Positions 37,664 to 46,284 of a stretch of 64,000 nt of DNA are shown here, piece after piece. The number at the start of each line of letters is the position of its first letter. Positions within the stretch are counted from its first letter, which is position 1. The notes beneath the pieces were generated by a model that worked only from the letters and a program-made list of their open reading frames with translations, made no database searches and was not told the DNA's origin. The translations under genes were made by a program, and so were the position numbers. Source of the DNA: a virus; IMG/VR virus record IMGVR_UViG_3300048091_000425. One strand, 5' to 3'.

Positions 37664-38014
37664 TCAAAAATATGGGTGAGTCTCTTCAGTCTTTCCTGAA
37701 AGCTTTAGCGCCACCGCGTGGCCGACCCTGGTCAACTTCACGAACTGGGTGTCCCGATGCCATTGCTCCCAGATCGACTGATGCACCAGCCCTTTTTCGA
37801 CCAGAGACTGCGCCGTTCGCCGGCTGATTTCGAAGCCAAACTTGCCCCGGTGGTACCAGCATTGCTCTTTTGAGCCTGAGCGGCGGTTTTGGTCGTATGA
37901 AAAAGTCATTGCCTCAATCAGGACGGCCTGCTGATTCGGGGTCAGCGATTTTGCAGCGAGATCGATATCCACGACCTGGTCTGCTGCACCGTCGGCATGA
38001 GTTTGCGCAACCAT
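37664..38014 (-). CDS. winged-helix-like hypothetical protein
   Basis: LTPNQQAVL...TAQSLVEKGLV...LTRVG. Confidence 0.55.
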   Translation of the reverse strand: MVAQTHADGAADQVVDIDLAAKSLTPNQQAVLIEAMTFSYDQNRRSGSKEQCWYHRGKFGFEISRRTAQSLVEKGLVHQSIWEQWHRDTQFVKLTRVGHAVALKLSGKTEETHPYF

Positions 38015-38078
38015 GTTTTTGAGTCCTTTCCGGCAAGGCCGGGCTTCCGGCCTTTGTTCGCTGTTAATTTGTATCGAC

Positions 38079-38444
38079 CTACTCTTTGATCGACATGCCC
38101 AGCAGCACGGCGGCGTAGAAGATCGCCAAACGGGTGGCGGCTACCTTGTCGTCACCATGCAACACAGTGACGGCGCAGTCGAATCGCCCTCTCGGGTGGC
38201 AAACTACTTCCGTGGTCTTGCCGCTGGTTTTGCCAATCTGTTCGATCTGAATATCCAGGGCCGCCGCCAGCGCCAGGGCATCATCGCCGTTGGTTTTTGG
38301 CCGCCAGTACTCAAACGACGGCATGATCGCCGGTGGCATATCATCCATGCGCGGCCATTCGATAGTCAGGCCTACGGCTTTAGCGGCGAAGTCGACCTGC
38401 TCTCGCTCAGTGAGATTCTGCATTTTGGTCAGTTCTTGGTTCAT
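38079..38444 (-). CDS. phage-like hypothetical protein
   Basis: WRP..NGDDALALAAAL motif. Confidence 0.6.
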   Translation of the reverse strand: MNQELTKMQNLTEREQVDFAAKAVGLTIEWPRMDDMPPAIMPSFEYWRPKTNGDDALALAAALDIQIEQIGKTSGKTTEVVCHPRGRFDCAVTVLHGDDKVAATRLAIFYAAVLLGMSIKE

Positions 38445-38488
38445 CGTGTGCGTCCTTGTTTTCAGTTGAGATCGAGTTTATCGAAATA

Positions 38489-39343
38489 TCAAGTGTTCGG
38501 GGCAAAAGCCTGGTTTGACGACATGACTTCCAGGTGGAGCCCCAAATTCGTGACGCCGGCCCGCGCAAACTGAGCTGCAACAGCCGCCGACTTGAGCTCA
38601 CGCTTTGGTAGCAAAATTACCGTGGCCCGGTGCGGCACCGGCATATCAACCCGAAAATAAGTGGCCGTCAGAGCACGCATCGAATTGAATAAATCGAGGT
38701 CGAACTCGATGGACTTGTTCAATACGTACAGATCATAGTCTTCACAAAGTCCCCGCACCGCTTTGTTGCTGATGTGGTAGCTGTGCAGAGCGCCTGTAAC
38801 CGGAACTTTGGCATTCAGCTTGCCGGCGATGTAGCGAGCAGCGGCGAGCCGCTCAATACCGACTTCTCCGTCAAGGAACATGCGCCCGTCCCAACCGTAG
38901 AACCTGAAGACCCCTTCTCCGCTCATCAAAACACGCAAATCAGGATCTTCCAGCGCCTTAGCCAAGGCTTCCTCGCTGATTTCTTCCACCAGGTGAGGGT
39001 AATTTAGCTTCACGAAGCGATCCAGGCAGTCGAAACCCTGCAGGAAATATGTTGAGGACGTCATACCTGCGATATCGCGGAGATCGCCTTCCCAGCGCTC
39101 AACTTCGTCGACCGAAAAATTGGCGATGTCGTAGAAACACTCATGAAAATTACCCCACAACCCGTTCTCTTGACGCACACCCATCAGGTAACCAGGCTTG
39201 CCGGAAGGTGTGTCGTACTGGCCGAAGTGCTGCCACTGGGTCACGCTGGTGGCGACAATGTCTTTGGCAGCAGTCGGCGTAAAAAATAGATCGCTGTGCT
39301 TCTTGAGCAACTGCTGGATGGTCAGTGCAGTGGACTCGGTCAT
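38489..39343 (-). CDS. hypothetical protein
   Basis: 284-aa ORF. Confidence 0.65.
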   Translation of the reverse strand: MTESTALTIQQLLKKHSDLFFTPTAAKDIVATSVTQWQHFGQYDTPSGKPGYLMGVRQENGLWGNFHECFYDIANFSVDEVERWEGDLRDIAGMTSSTYFLQGFDCLDRFVKLNYPHLVEEISEEALAKALEDPDLRVLMSGEGVFRFYGWDGRMFLDGEVGIERLAAARYIAGKLNAKVPVTGALHSYHISNKAVRGLCEDYDLYVLNKSIEFDLDLFNSMRALTATYFRVDMPVPHRATVILLPKRELKSAAVAAQFARAGVTNLGLHLEVMSSNQAFAPNT

Positions 39344-39618
39344 TTTTTAACGGCCTGCAATTGAGAGATGGCCGCTTCAAAAGCGCCAGCGCCAAGGTCG
39401 CGGTCATACAGCCAGGTTTCGACTTCGTCTGAACTCAGATCCACTTTCATCACGAACCCGTCGAGATAGTCGAAGTAGCAGTCACCAACCAACAGGCTAC
39501 GGGCCTTTTCCAGGCTCAATCCGTTCACTACCTGGCCAAGCTGGATCTTCTGCGAGGCGTAAAACAAAGCGATCAGCACTTCTGCCTTGTCGAGCTTTGC
39601 GATATTGATGATGCTCAT
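39340..39618 (-). CDS. conserved phage-type hypothetical protein
   Basis: LDKAEVL.AL...FDYL.G.VMKVDL...LYDRD.G.GA. Confidence 0.65.
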   Translation of the reverse strand: MSIINIAKLDKAEVLIALFYASQKIQLGQVVNGLSLEKARSLLVGDCYFDYLDGFVMKVDLSSDEVETWLYDRDLGAGAFEAAISQLQAVKK

Positions 39619-39642
39619 AGGAGTCCTATTGTAAATGCGGTA

Positions 39643-39966
39643 TTAGAGTAGAAAGCGAATCTTGACCGGATTTTTCTCGGTGGGTTCGTACTTCTGCTCC
39701 GGGTGAAAGTGCAGGAAAGTACGCGAACTGCTTTTGATCGGGCATTTTCCTGCTTGGTGATCAGCCTCAACCTTCCCGCAGTGCTTGCAGCGATACCGCA
39801 AAATCAGCTGATAGGTATTTTCCGGATGGAATGTCGCCTGTTCGCCTTCGGCAGTAGGCATAGGGCAACGCAGGTCAGTTGCGTGGTGCTTACCCTTCAG
39901 CTTTCCGCAGTGCTTGCAGGTGTAGATCGCGTCCTGCTCAGCCTGGGTCAGTTTTTTGGTGGCCAT
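39643..39966 (-). CDS. protein with two CKHCGK...H...CP zinc-finger repeats
   Basis: Internal duplication visible in the translation. Confidence 0.65.
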   Translation of the reverse strand: MATKKLTQAEQDAIYTCKHCGKLKGKHHATDLRCPMPTAEGEQATFHPENTYQLILRYRCKHCGKVEADHQAGKCPIKSSSRTFLHFHPEQKYEPTEKNPVKIRFLL

Positions 39967-39988
39967 GATGAATTCCGTGTCTAAAGGG

Positions 39989-40321
39989 TTAGGCTTGAGC
40001 GCCGTCGTAGTAACGCAGGTAATCGTAGATCGCTGTGTTCAGGTTGATTGCGAAGAACCTGGCAACAGTCGTGTAGCCATCGGATTCAAGGATCCCGAGC
40101 TTTGGATGTTTTGCATCGAGCTTGGCGAGAGCAGAAAAGATTTCCTCGGCAATATCGCCCCAGGTACGTTCGCCAGCTTTGGCGAATTCAAGCGCTGCGA
40201 CGAGCACCTCGTTGAGCTCTTTGACCACTTCATCATTGCCTTCCGGCAATCGCCAGTCGTCGTTGTCTGGAAGCGCAACCGTCAGGAGCAACGCGTTTTC
40301 TTTCTCGTTCAGTGTCGGCAT
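39989..40321 (-). CDS. acidic hypothetical protein
   Basis: 110 aa, first gene after promoter copy 8. Confidence 0.6.
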   Translation of the reverse strand: MPTLNEKENALLLTVALPDNDDWRLPEGNDEVVKELNEVLVAALEFAKAGERTWGDIAEEIFSALAKLDAKHPKLGILESDGYTTVARFFAINLNTAIYDYLRYYDGAQA

Positions 40322-40357
40322 TCGCTGAATCCTTCAAATGTATGCTTCGATGGCTAC

Positions 40358-40386
40358 AATATACAGCTCTAGCGTTATACACGCAA
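40358..40386 (-). promoter_or_regulatory. CTAG-box promoter, copy 8 (CGCTAG subtype)
   Basis: TTGCGT-gtataacgctagagctg-TATATT. Confidence 0.7.
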
Positions 40387-40434
40387 GCCGACTTTAGCGG
40401 TGACCTTTCGCGAAACTGGTCTATGGAGCCGGGC

Positions 40435-40845
40435 TCAGTCGCAGCCCTGCTTCATCGTCTTCTGTTGGTGCATCCGCACCTTTTCCTCGACTTCTTTTGC
40501 GTCCTTGCGCTCCATGAACTTGTTGAAGGCTGAGAGGCTTTTAAACGACCCCTTGAAGTCGGCCATGAACAGACTCAGCTCCTCCCCTTCCAGGCCGGTG
40601 ACGGCGCTGACCATCTCGCCGGTGAACTTCGTCTTTACGAGGTTCTTGCGCTCAAGACCCAGGAGGCACTTCTGGTAGTCGGCATCCGCCTTTGGAAATG
40701 GCGTCATGCGCAGGGCGCTCCTTGCCGGTACTCGGCGAGGGCCTTTTTCAGGCGGGGTTTCAGCCTGAAGCTGCTGGTGGTCTTTCTCGCTCGGCGTCTT
40801 CACGGTCAGAGTCCTTAAATATTCATTAGGCTGGCGTAAAGCCAC
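40435..40845 (-). CDS. hypothetical protein
   Basis: 136 aa, start uncertain. Confidence 0.55.
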   Translation of the reverse strand: MALRQPNEYLRTLTVKTPSEKDHQQLQAETPPEKGPRRVPARSALRMTPFPKADADYQKCLLGLERKNLVKTKFTGEMVSAVTGLEGEELSLFMADFKGSFKSLSAFNKFMERKDAKEVEEKVRMHQQKTMKQGCD

Positions 40846-40862
40846 CGTTTCTCTATGAGCTC

Positions 40863-40891
40863 AATGTACACCTCTAGCGTTATACGTGCAA
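40863..40891 (-). promoter_or_regulatory. CTAG-box promoter, copy 9 (CGCTAG subtype)
   Basis: TTGCAC-gtataacgctagaggtg-TACATT. Confidence 0.7.
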
Positions 40892-41106
40892 GAGGTTCAT
40901 CAACTTGAGTCACTCCGGCCTAAAATGTTACTTTTTTTCTGCGAGACTCCCGTCGGTGGCGTTAGCGATGGACGCCCGAAGGGCCGAGACCGAAGGGCTC
41001 GGTTCACGACAGCGCGGGCCGCCAGGCAACGCAGAAACCCTGCCCCGCATCCGCCCCCTCTGTCCGACCTGTAGGGGGAGCACATAGAGAGTCAGTAAGA
41101 GGAGAA

Positions 41107-41326
41107 GACTTAAAACTTAAACCTCGGGACTTAAACCGACTTAACCCTGACCTCGACCGCCAACCACCTCCAAAGCCCTTTACTTACAGGGCAATCGGCT
41201 TACAAAACCTGCGCGTCAATTCATGCGATAAGTCTTGACCGTATGACTCTAGGGATTTATTCTTAAGTCCAAGCAAAAACCCCACGAGTTTTAAGTATCG
41301 GGTATACAGCCGGGTTAAGTTTTAAC
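41107..41326. repeat. ACTTAA repeat cluster with inverted copies (long imperfect foldback)
   Basis: ACTTAA at 41108, 41115, 41129, 41139; TTAAGT at 41263, 41291, 41315. Confidence 0.65.
41235..41263 (+). promoter_or_regulatory. CTAG-box promoter, copy 10, driving the plus-strand block
   Basis: TTGACC-gtatgactctagggatt-TATTCT. Confidence 0.7.
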
Positions 41327-41375
41327 GCTGCCAGGTGAAGCTCAATCCATTATTTTAGTTTTCGGATGGCCGACG

Positions 41376-41570
41376 ATGACAATTCACGCCAATGCGACAG
41401 CCATTAAGCAGTTTGGCCAATGGTTTGTCGTGACAGCAGAGACCGTGGATGAACGCCGAAAGGTAGAGGCCCGTGCGAACCTGCTATGGGTAGACCACCG
41501 TGAGCCGACTTTGCAGGAGTGGGAGAGCCTGGAGACAATTACCGCCAGCCAATGGTTGCACGGCGAATGA
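41376..41570 (+). CDS. hypothetical protein
   Basis: 64 aa. Confidence 0.5.
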   Translation: MTIHANATAIKQFGQWFVVTAETVDERRKVEARANLLWVDHREPTLQEWESLETITASQWLHGE

Positions 41571-41591
41571 CCACTTTGTTCATAGGGAAGC

Positions 41592-41993
41592 ATGCAGATG
41601 CCTGAGACACCAGAGATCACCAAGGAGATGTGGTGGAAGATGTGCGACGCTCATATGAGTCGTCCAGCTCCCCTGAATGAGGCGGATCTGACACGGGAGT
41701 TCATTTATGAGCGTTCGTGGGGAGTGTCCTACGTGCCGTTCGGTTACCACCAGATCGCAATGTCGCTGCTATTGGCGTTCCAGCATGGTCTGCTCCATGG
41801 CATCGATGTGTCCGACAAGCTGAACCTCGAGTTCTCTTCAGGCACGGCTGATCACTGGCTGGAGCACTCCCCCGGCGCCGCCTTCCTGTCCTCCCAGAGC
41901 CCGAAGATCTATGTTGGAAACATCAAGGGCCTGACGATCTTGGAAAGGCGTTTGTTTGGCGAGTACGGCGAAATCTTCTGTCCGTTCGAGTAA
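41592..41993 (+). CDS. hypothetical protein
   Basis: 133 aa. Confidence 0.6.
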   Translation: MQMPETPEITKEMWWKMCDAHMSRPAPLNEADLTREFIYERSWGVSYVPFGYHQIAMSLLLAFQHGLLHGIDVSDKLNLEFSSGTADHWLEHSPGAAFLSSQSPKIYVGNIKGLTILERRLFGEYGEIFCPFE

Positions 41994-42014
41994 CCTGCTA
42001 TCCAACTTAAGGAA

Positions 42015-42242
42015 GTGACCATGAAGGTTGAAGGAATCGAGATCACTGAGGCTCAAATCAGCGCCATGCTCAGCGTAATGAGCAAGCGCTTTCGCGCCTC
42101 CGATGTCCGTGAAGCTGCTATTAAGGCCGGCGTCCCTGATGCGGTTGAAATGCGTGCCGCAGACCGTCTACTCATCCGGCAGCGCCAGAAAGGCCTTATT
42201 CAGCCGATTCCTGACGATAAGCCGTACTGGACGAAGCTGTAA
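42015..42242 (+). CDS. small winged-helix-like protein
   Basis: AADRLLIRQRQKGLI...W. Confidence 0.6.
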   Translation: MTMKVEGIEITEAQISAMLSVMSKRFRASDVREAAIKAGVPDAVEMRAADRLLIRQRQKGLIQPIPDDKPYWTKL

Positions 42243-42423
42243 GAAAGAAATTGCGCCTTTCTGGAAAAACTTTTCCGATAGCGAGAAACACGAAAGCCCG
42301 CAAGATTGCTCAGGCGGGCCTCGGAGATTGGGCAAAATCGGCAGAACCGAAGGTGCGTTGTGTACAGGTTATTGGCCGGTAGGCATGCTCGTCAACCAGC
42401 CGCAGCAAAAGAGTGAATGTCGT

Positions 42424-42660
42424 ATGTCTCTACCCAGCGTAACGCTCAAGGCCGGCCAACTGGCTTGCTGCCCGGATTGCAAACAACCACAGAGCGATCC
42501 TGTTGAGGACTACCTCTCGGCTACCCAATCTGCTGTGAATGATCGCTGCGAGAGTTGCCATATCAGTCTGCGCTTTATTCGAACGGAGTCCGGCGAGGTT
42601 GAGATCCATGCCCGGCAGACCCGTGCCGAGCTGCTGGAGCAGCGTCGTACGCTCAGATAG
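42424..42660 (+). CDS. zinc-ribbon protein
   Basis: CPDC...CESC. Confidence 0.55.
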   Translation: MSLPSVTLKAGQLACCPDCKQPQSDPVEDYLSATQSAVNDRCESCHISLRFIRTESGEVEIHARQTRAELLEQRRTLR

Positions 42661-42702
42661 CGACAAGGCCTACCCTTCCCAAAAATCATAGGATTAATCA
42701 AC

Positions 42703-43038
42703 ATGGCGCACGACTGGCTACCGTATACGCACCCCACCTGGGGCCCAGGCAAGATGCTGATGGGTGATCCACACCGTCAATGCCAGAACTGCGGTGCGGT
42801 TCAAAAGCGGTTAACCGAGCACGCCTGGATGCGGGTCACCGGCTATCGTTGGCTCCCGCTTGTAGGCCGCTGCGCGGAAGTTACCGATTCTCTCTCTTGG
42901 CAGGTCTTTCTTAACGGCGAGCAGAAAGACCCGGTGCAGGCTCGACATCATTCCGAAGCAGTACTTGAAGCCAAGGAGGCGCTCAAGCTGATTGACGGTG
43001 TCGACCTTGAGGTTCTGCCGGCAGCTTCTGCGCCTTGA
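42703..43038 (+). CDS. hypothetical protein
   Basis: H...CQNC...C. Confidence 0.55.
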   Translation: MAHDWLPYTHPTWGPGKMLMGDPHRQCQNCGAVQKRLTEHAWMRVTGYRWLPLVGRCAEVTDSLSWQVFLNGEQKDPVQARHHSEAVLEAKEALKLIDGVDLEVLPAASAP

Positions 43039-43059
43039 ACATATTGACTAAATTGACTT

Positions 43060-43338
43060 GTGATATCATTATGTCACCATCATAAATTGACATCGGTGAT
43101 TCATATGCCTTGTGCAACAGTTGCAGACCTGAAAATCCTGATTGAAAACGCAAAGGATACGGACGTACTGTATTTCTCTATCCGATCAGAAGACGATCCA
43201 GAAACCGTTCGTTATGCCAGCGAAATCAGTGATGTCGCTACCCTCACCGCTGTGGGTAAACGCTCCTTCCAGACCGCAGACGGTGATCGCGATATCATCA
43301 AAATAAATCTCTGCATCGACCTTGATCCAAAAGATTGA
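43060..43338 (+). CDS. hypothetical protein
   Basis: Start uncertain. Confidence 0.45.
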   Translation: MISLCHHHKLTSVIHMPCATVADLKILIENAKDTDVLYFSIRSEDDPETVRYASEISDVATLTAVGKRSFQTADGDRDIIKINLCIDLDPKD

Positions 43339-43377
43339 CTGAACACTCAGCAATCAACCGATCAAACAAGGAGATCT

Positions 43378-43614
43378 TTGCGGATGACGGCTTCTGCCCG
43401 CGCTAAAACGCACAAGTACAACTACTGGATCACCGCTAATCCCCAGATGCCCGATCATGTGCGTGAGCAATACAGTCGCGAGGGGCTCAAAGGCACGCTT
43501 TGCGGATACCTGCGCCCGAGCACGACGACTGAGGCCAGCGAGGTCACATGTTTCTATTGCAAGCACATGATGGCCAAAGCCTCTGAGCAACCTGGGAAAA
43601 ACCAATGTATTTGA
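43378..43614 (+). CDS. Cys/His hypothetical protein
   Basis: H...TLCG...VTCFYC. Confidence 0.5.
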   Translation: MRMTASARAKTHKYNYWITANPQMPDHVREQYSREGLKGTLCGYLRPSTTTEASEVTCFYCKHMMAKASEQPGKNQCI

Positions 43615-44078
43615 AAAGTTGTGACCCCCTCCGGATTGGTACCAGGAATTTGGAACCTGAAGCCGCAATCTCCACTGGGGCTGTTGAGCCTGGAGTGCTG
43701 GGGCTTGTGATCGCACTTAATGGCGTCGATGGCGTTTCAACAATGGCATCCTGTCACGGCCATGGCCGAACCGCAGCGTTGTTTAGTCGCGCTGTGATTG
43801 AATCCACGCCTTACGTTCTTTTTAGGGCTCCAACGGAGTTAGCGCAAAAGCTCGCCAAATTGATTGCTGGGCCGAAACGAGACGGGCGCTTGTATTACGG
43901 CTGGCACTTGGGTGGGTATTTTCACCCGTCGGATTCCGAACTGGTGTGGTTTATAGAGCCCGATGATGTGCGAATCGCTAACCAATTCGATACACAAAGC
44001 AAGCATCAGTGGGATCGTGCAAGGATTGACGTCGATTTGAACCTGCTGGCGGACATCGTTAATTCCGTCACCACTTAA
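43605..44078 (+). CDS. hypothetical protein with T-x-x-SC-x-GH motif
   Basis: GVSTMASCHGH. Confidence 0.6.
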   Translation: MYLKSCDPLRIGTRNLEPEAAISTGAVEPGVLGLVIALNGVDGVSTMASCHGHGRTAALFSRAVIESTPYVLFRAPTELAQKLAKLIAGPKRDGRLYYGWHLGGYFHPSDSELVWFIEPDDVRIANQFDTQSKHQWDRARIDVDLNLLADIVNSVTT

Positions 44079-44099
44079 TCAAGTGGAAGGAGATTCCTG

Positions 44100-44345
44100 G
44101 TGAAGACCTCTATTACGCTTTACACCCTGCGCAACGCAAAAGGCGAGTATTACAGCTTCGCTGATGCGGCGACCTATGACGGCCCGCAGCTCAGCCGCGA
44201 TCCTCGCAATGCCAAGCAGATGACTGCCCAAGGCTGCGGTGCTGTGAAACGCTGGCTGGCCAATCCAAAATATCATGGGGTGGAATTCGAGCGTGTGGCG
44301 GTTACCGACATGATCACATCCGGCCTGTTGCCCCAGCCGGTCTAA
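44100..44345 (+). CDS. hypothetical protein
   Basis: 81 aa, GGAG RBS, GTG start. Confidence 0.55.
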   Translation: MKTSITLYTLRNAKGEYYSFADAATYDGPQLSRDPRNAKQMTAQGCGAVKRWLANPKYHGVEFERVAVTDMITSGLLPQPV

Positions 44346-44373
44346 ATATCTGAAGCAATTGGAGAAGCGCAGC

Positions 44374-45504
44374 ATGATTACTGCAGTTTACGCACTTTCC
44401 GGAGACCCTATTACTTTCGGTCATATTGACATCATCAACCGAGCCGCCGCTGGGTTTGATAATCTCATTGTTGGCCTTGGCGTAAACCCCAACAAAAAAT
44501 ACATGCTAACCCCTAATGAGCGGATAGCTGTTGCCAAACAATCGCTATCCCACCTCAATAATGTTGAGGTGATGTTCTTCGAAGGCCTGCTTGTGGATTT
44601 CGCATTTGAACAAGGTGCCACAATCATTGTTCGTGGCATCAGAAACGCCTCGGATGCAGTGGCCGAACAAGCCCTCGATCAGATCAATGGCTCTCAGATG
44701 AACATTGATACTTTTTTCATGTTTTCACGTTCCAAGCTTGCACATGTAAGTTCCAGCAACGTGAAAGCACTACAGGCCGAGAACGGACTCATTCATGAAT
44801 ATGTTCCGCTCCCAGTTAAGAAAATGCTCGAACGCAAGATCTCACACCAGCTTGTCTACGGGGTAACAGGCGTAATGGGATCTGGGAAATCATACGTTGC
44901 CGAGCAACTTGCTATCTATGCCGAGACACAACATGCGGTATCAGAAAGCAACCCGCTGGTTCACAACATTGAACTTGATAATCTGGCTCATCAAGTATAT
45001 GAATCAGATAAACCGGGCTACAAAGACATTCGTGAAAAAATCCAAAATCACTTTGGAACGCTAGACCGGTCAGAAATTGGGCAGATCGCCTTCGGCAGCG
45101 AGAACAGCAAGGAGCACGTTGACTTTTTAAACAACATTTTCAAAGACCCTGTCATGGTTCTGCTGCGTCAAGAACTACGTGGCAGGCAAGGCATCGTGCT
45201 GATTAATGCAGCCTTGCTTGTTGAGAGTGACCTGCTCAATCTCTGCAACAACCATGTAATTTTAGTCAACGCTGAAGACGCAGTGCGCCATGAGCGTCTG
45301 GTGAAATTCAGGAACATTGACCCAGTTGTTGCTGAAGAACGTATCAAACACATGAAAAGCAACAGCGCCAAGAGAGCGCAGATCAAGAGGTCTATTTCCA
45401 GCTCTCGCTTCGGTAATATTGTAGATTTTGACAATTCCTCAAGTAACCTTGAGATGATTGCCAATCTGTATGAACAGCTTAAAAATGAATACTTCGGAAA
45501 GTAG
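44374..45504 (+). CDS. coaD-coaE: bifunctional phosphopantetheine adenylyltransferase / dephospho-CoA kinase (CoaD-CoaE fusion)
   Basis: YALSGDPITFGHIDII, IIVRGIR, HVSSSNVK (CoaD); GVTGVMGSGKS P-loop, AALLVE, V.AEDAVRHERL (CoaE); GGAG RBS. Confidence 0.9.
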   Translation: MITAVYALSGDPITFGHIDIINRAAAGFDNLIVGLGVNPNKKYMLTPNERIAVAKQSLSHLNNVEVMFFEGLLVDFAFEQGATIIVRGIRNASDAVAEQALDQINGSQMNIDTFFMFSRSKLAHVSSSNVKALQAENGLIHEYVPLPVKKMLERKISHQLVYGVTGVMGSGKSYVAEQLAIYAETQHAVSESNPLVHNIELDNLAHQVYESDKPGYKDIREKIQNHFGTLDRSEIGQIAFGSENSKEHVDFLNNIFKDPVMVLLRQELRGRQGIVLINAALLVESDLLNLCNNHVILVNAEDAVRHERLVKFRNIDPVVAEERIKHMKSNSAKRAQIKRSISSSRFGNIVDFDNSSSNLEMIANLYEQLKNEYFGK

Positions 45505-45613
45505 AACAACCTGCAATATAATTTTGGTCATTTACATGTTCGCGGCAGGCCTGTTGAAACCGGCTTCCTGACCACTGAATCAGAAGAAATCAAGCATCAA
45601 AAGGACAGAAAAT

Positions 45614-46096
45614 ATGGAACGGCTCAAAGGGTACTACCGAGTCAAATATGAAGGAATCTGGACAATAGCGGAATACAAACCGACTGTGAACAGCCGCCCA
45701 GGCCACTGGCTATGGGTCGACGGCGACATGTATTGCGAGGAGTTCGATGAGATCTCTGATCGGCGGATTCCAATGCCTGACGATCCTGAAGAGCTCCAGG
45801 TCGTCGCTGTTACCTCAGCAACGGCGCCAGAGCAGACCCTAGCCATCGCTCAGCCGGCCATCGAGGGAGAGTTAATGCCTCGGTACAAATTCACAGACGC
45901 GGAGATGCTGGACTACATTCAGCGCCATCACACGCTTCACAAAACAATCGGGTTTCTGTATGTCGTTGACGGGTACCACGCCACAGTCATGTGGGATGAT
46001 TCGCCCATGTCCGAGGATTTCAAAGGTGAGACATTGCGTGGAGCAATTGATGCAATGATGACAAACGGCGATATTATGACCCGACAAGGTCGCTGA
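45614..46096 (+). CDS. mosaic phage-like hypothetical protein
   Basis: GYYRVKYEG.W.IAEY N-terminal module; DAEMLDYI...TLRGAIDAMM C-terminal module. Confidence 0.6.
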   Translation: MERLKGYYRVKYEGIWTIAEYKPTVNSRPGHWLWVDGDMYCEEFDEISDRRIPMPDDPEELQVVAVTSATAPEQTLAIAQPAIEGELMPRYKFTDAEMLDYIQRHHTLHKTIGFLYVVDGYHATVMWDDSPMSEDFKGETLRGAIDAMMTNGDIMTRQGR

Positions 46097-46284
46097 ACAT
46101 CTTCAGTCACCTTCTTTCATCGACGGCCAATAGATACCGTGGAAAACTGAACCTTCGTTTTTACAGATAACCAGCGCATGCCTTTAAAAATAGGCTTTTG
46201 CGCAAAATCCGTGCAAACAAAGGTTAGAGGCAGAAACCCCTTATTCTGCCTTTGATTTAAAGGGTTTAATGCAATATTCTGTCA
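46097..46284 (+). promoter_or_regulatory. CRISPR leader, type I-F-like
   Basis: AT-rich non-coding; inverted repeat AACCTTCGTTT (46150) / AAACAAAGGTT (46215); IHF-like TTTAAAGGGTTT about 29 nt before repeat 1. Confidence 0.65.

Noticed and set aside
40435-40845. Resemblance of KFTGEMVSAVTGLEGEEL to nucleotidyltransferase C-terminal tails
   Set aside because: No catalytic domain is present and the resemblance is too weak to call.
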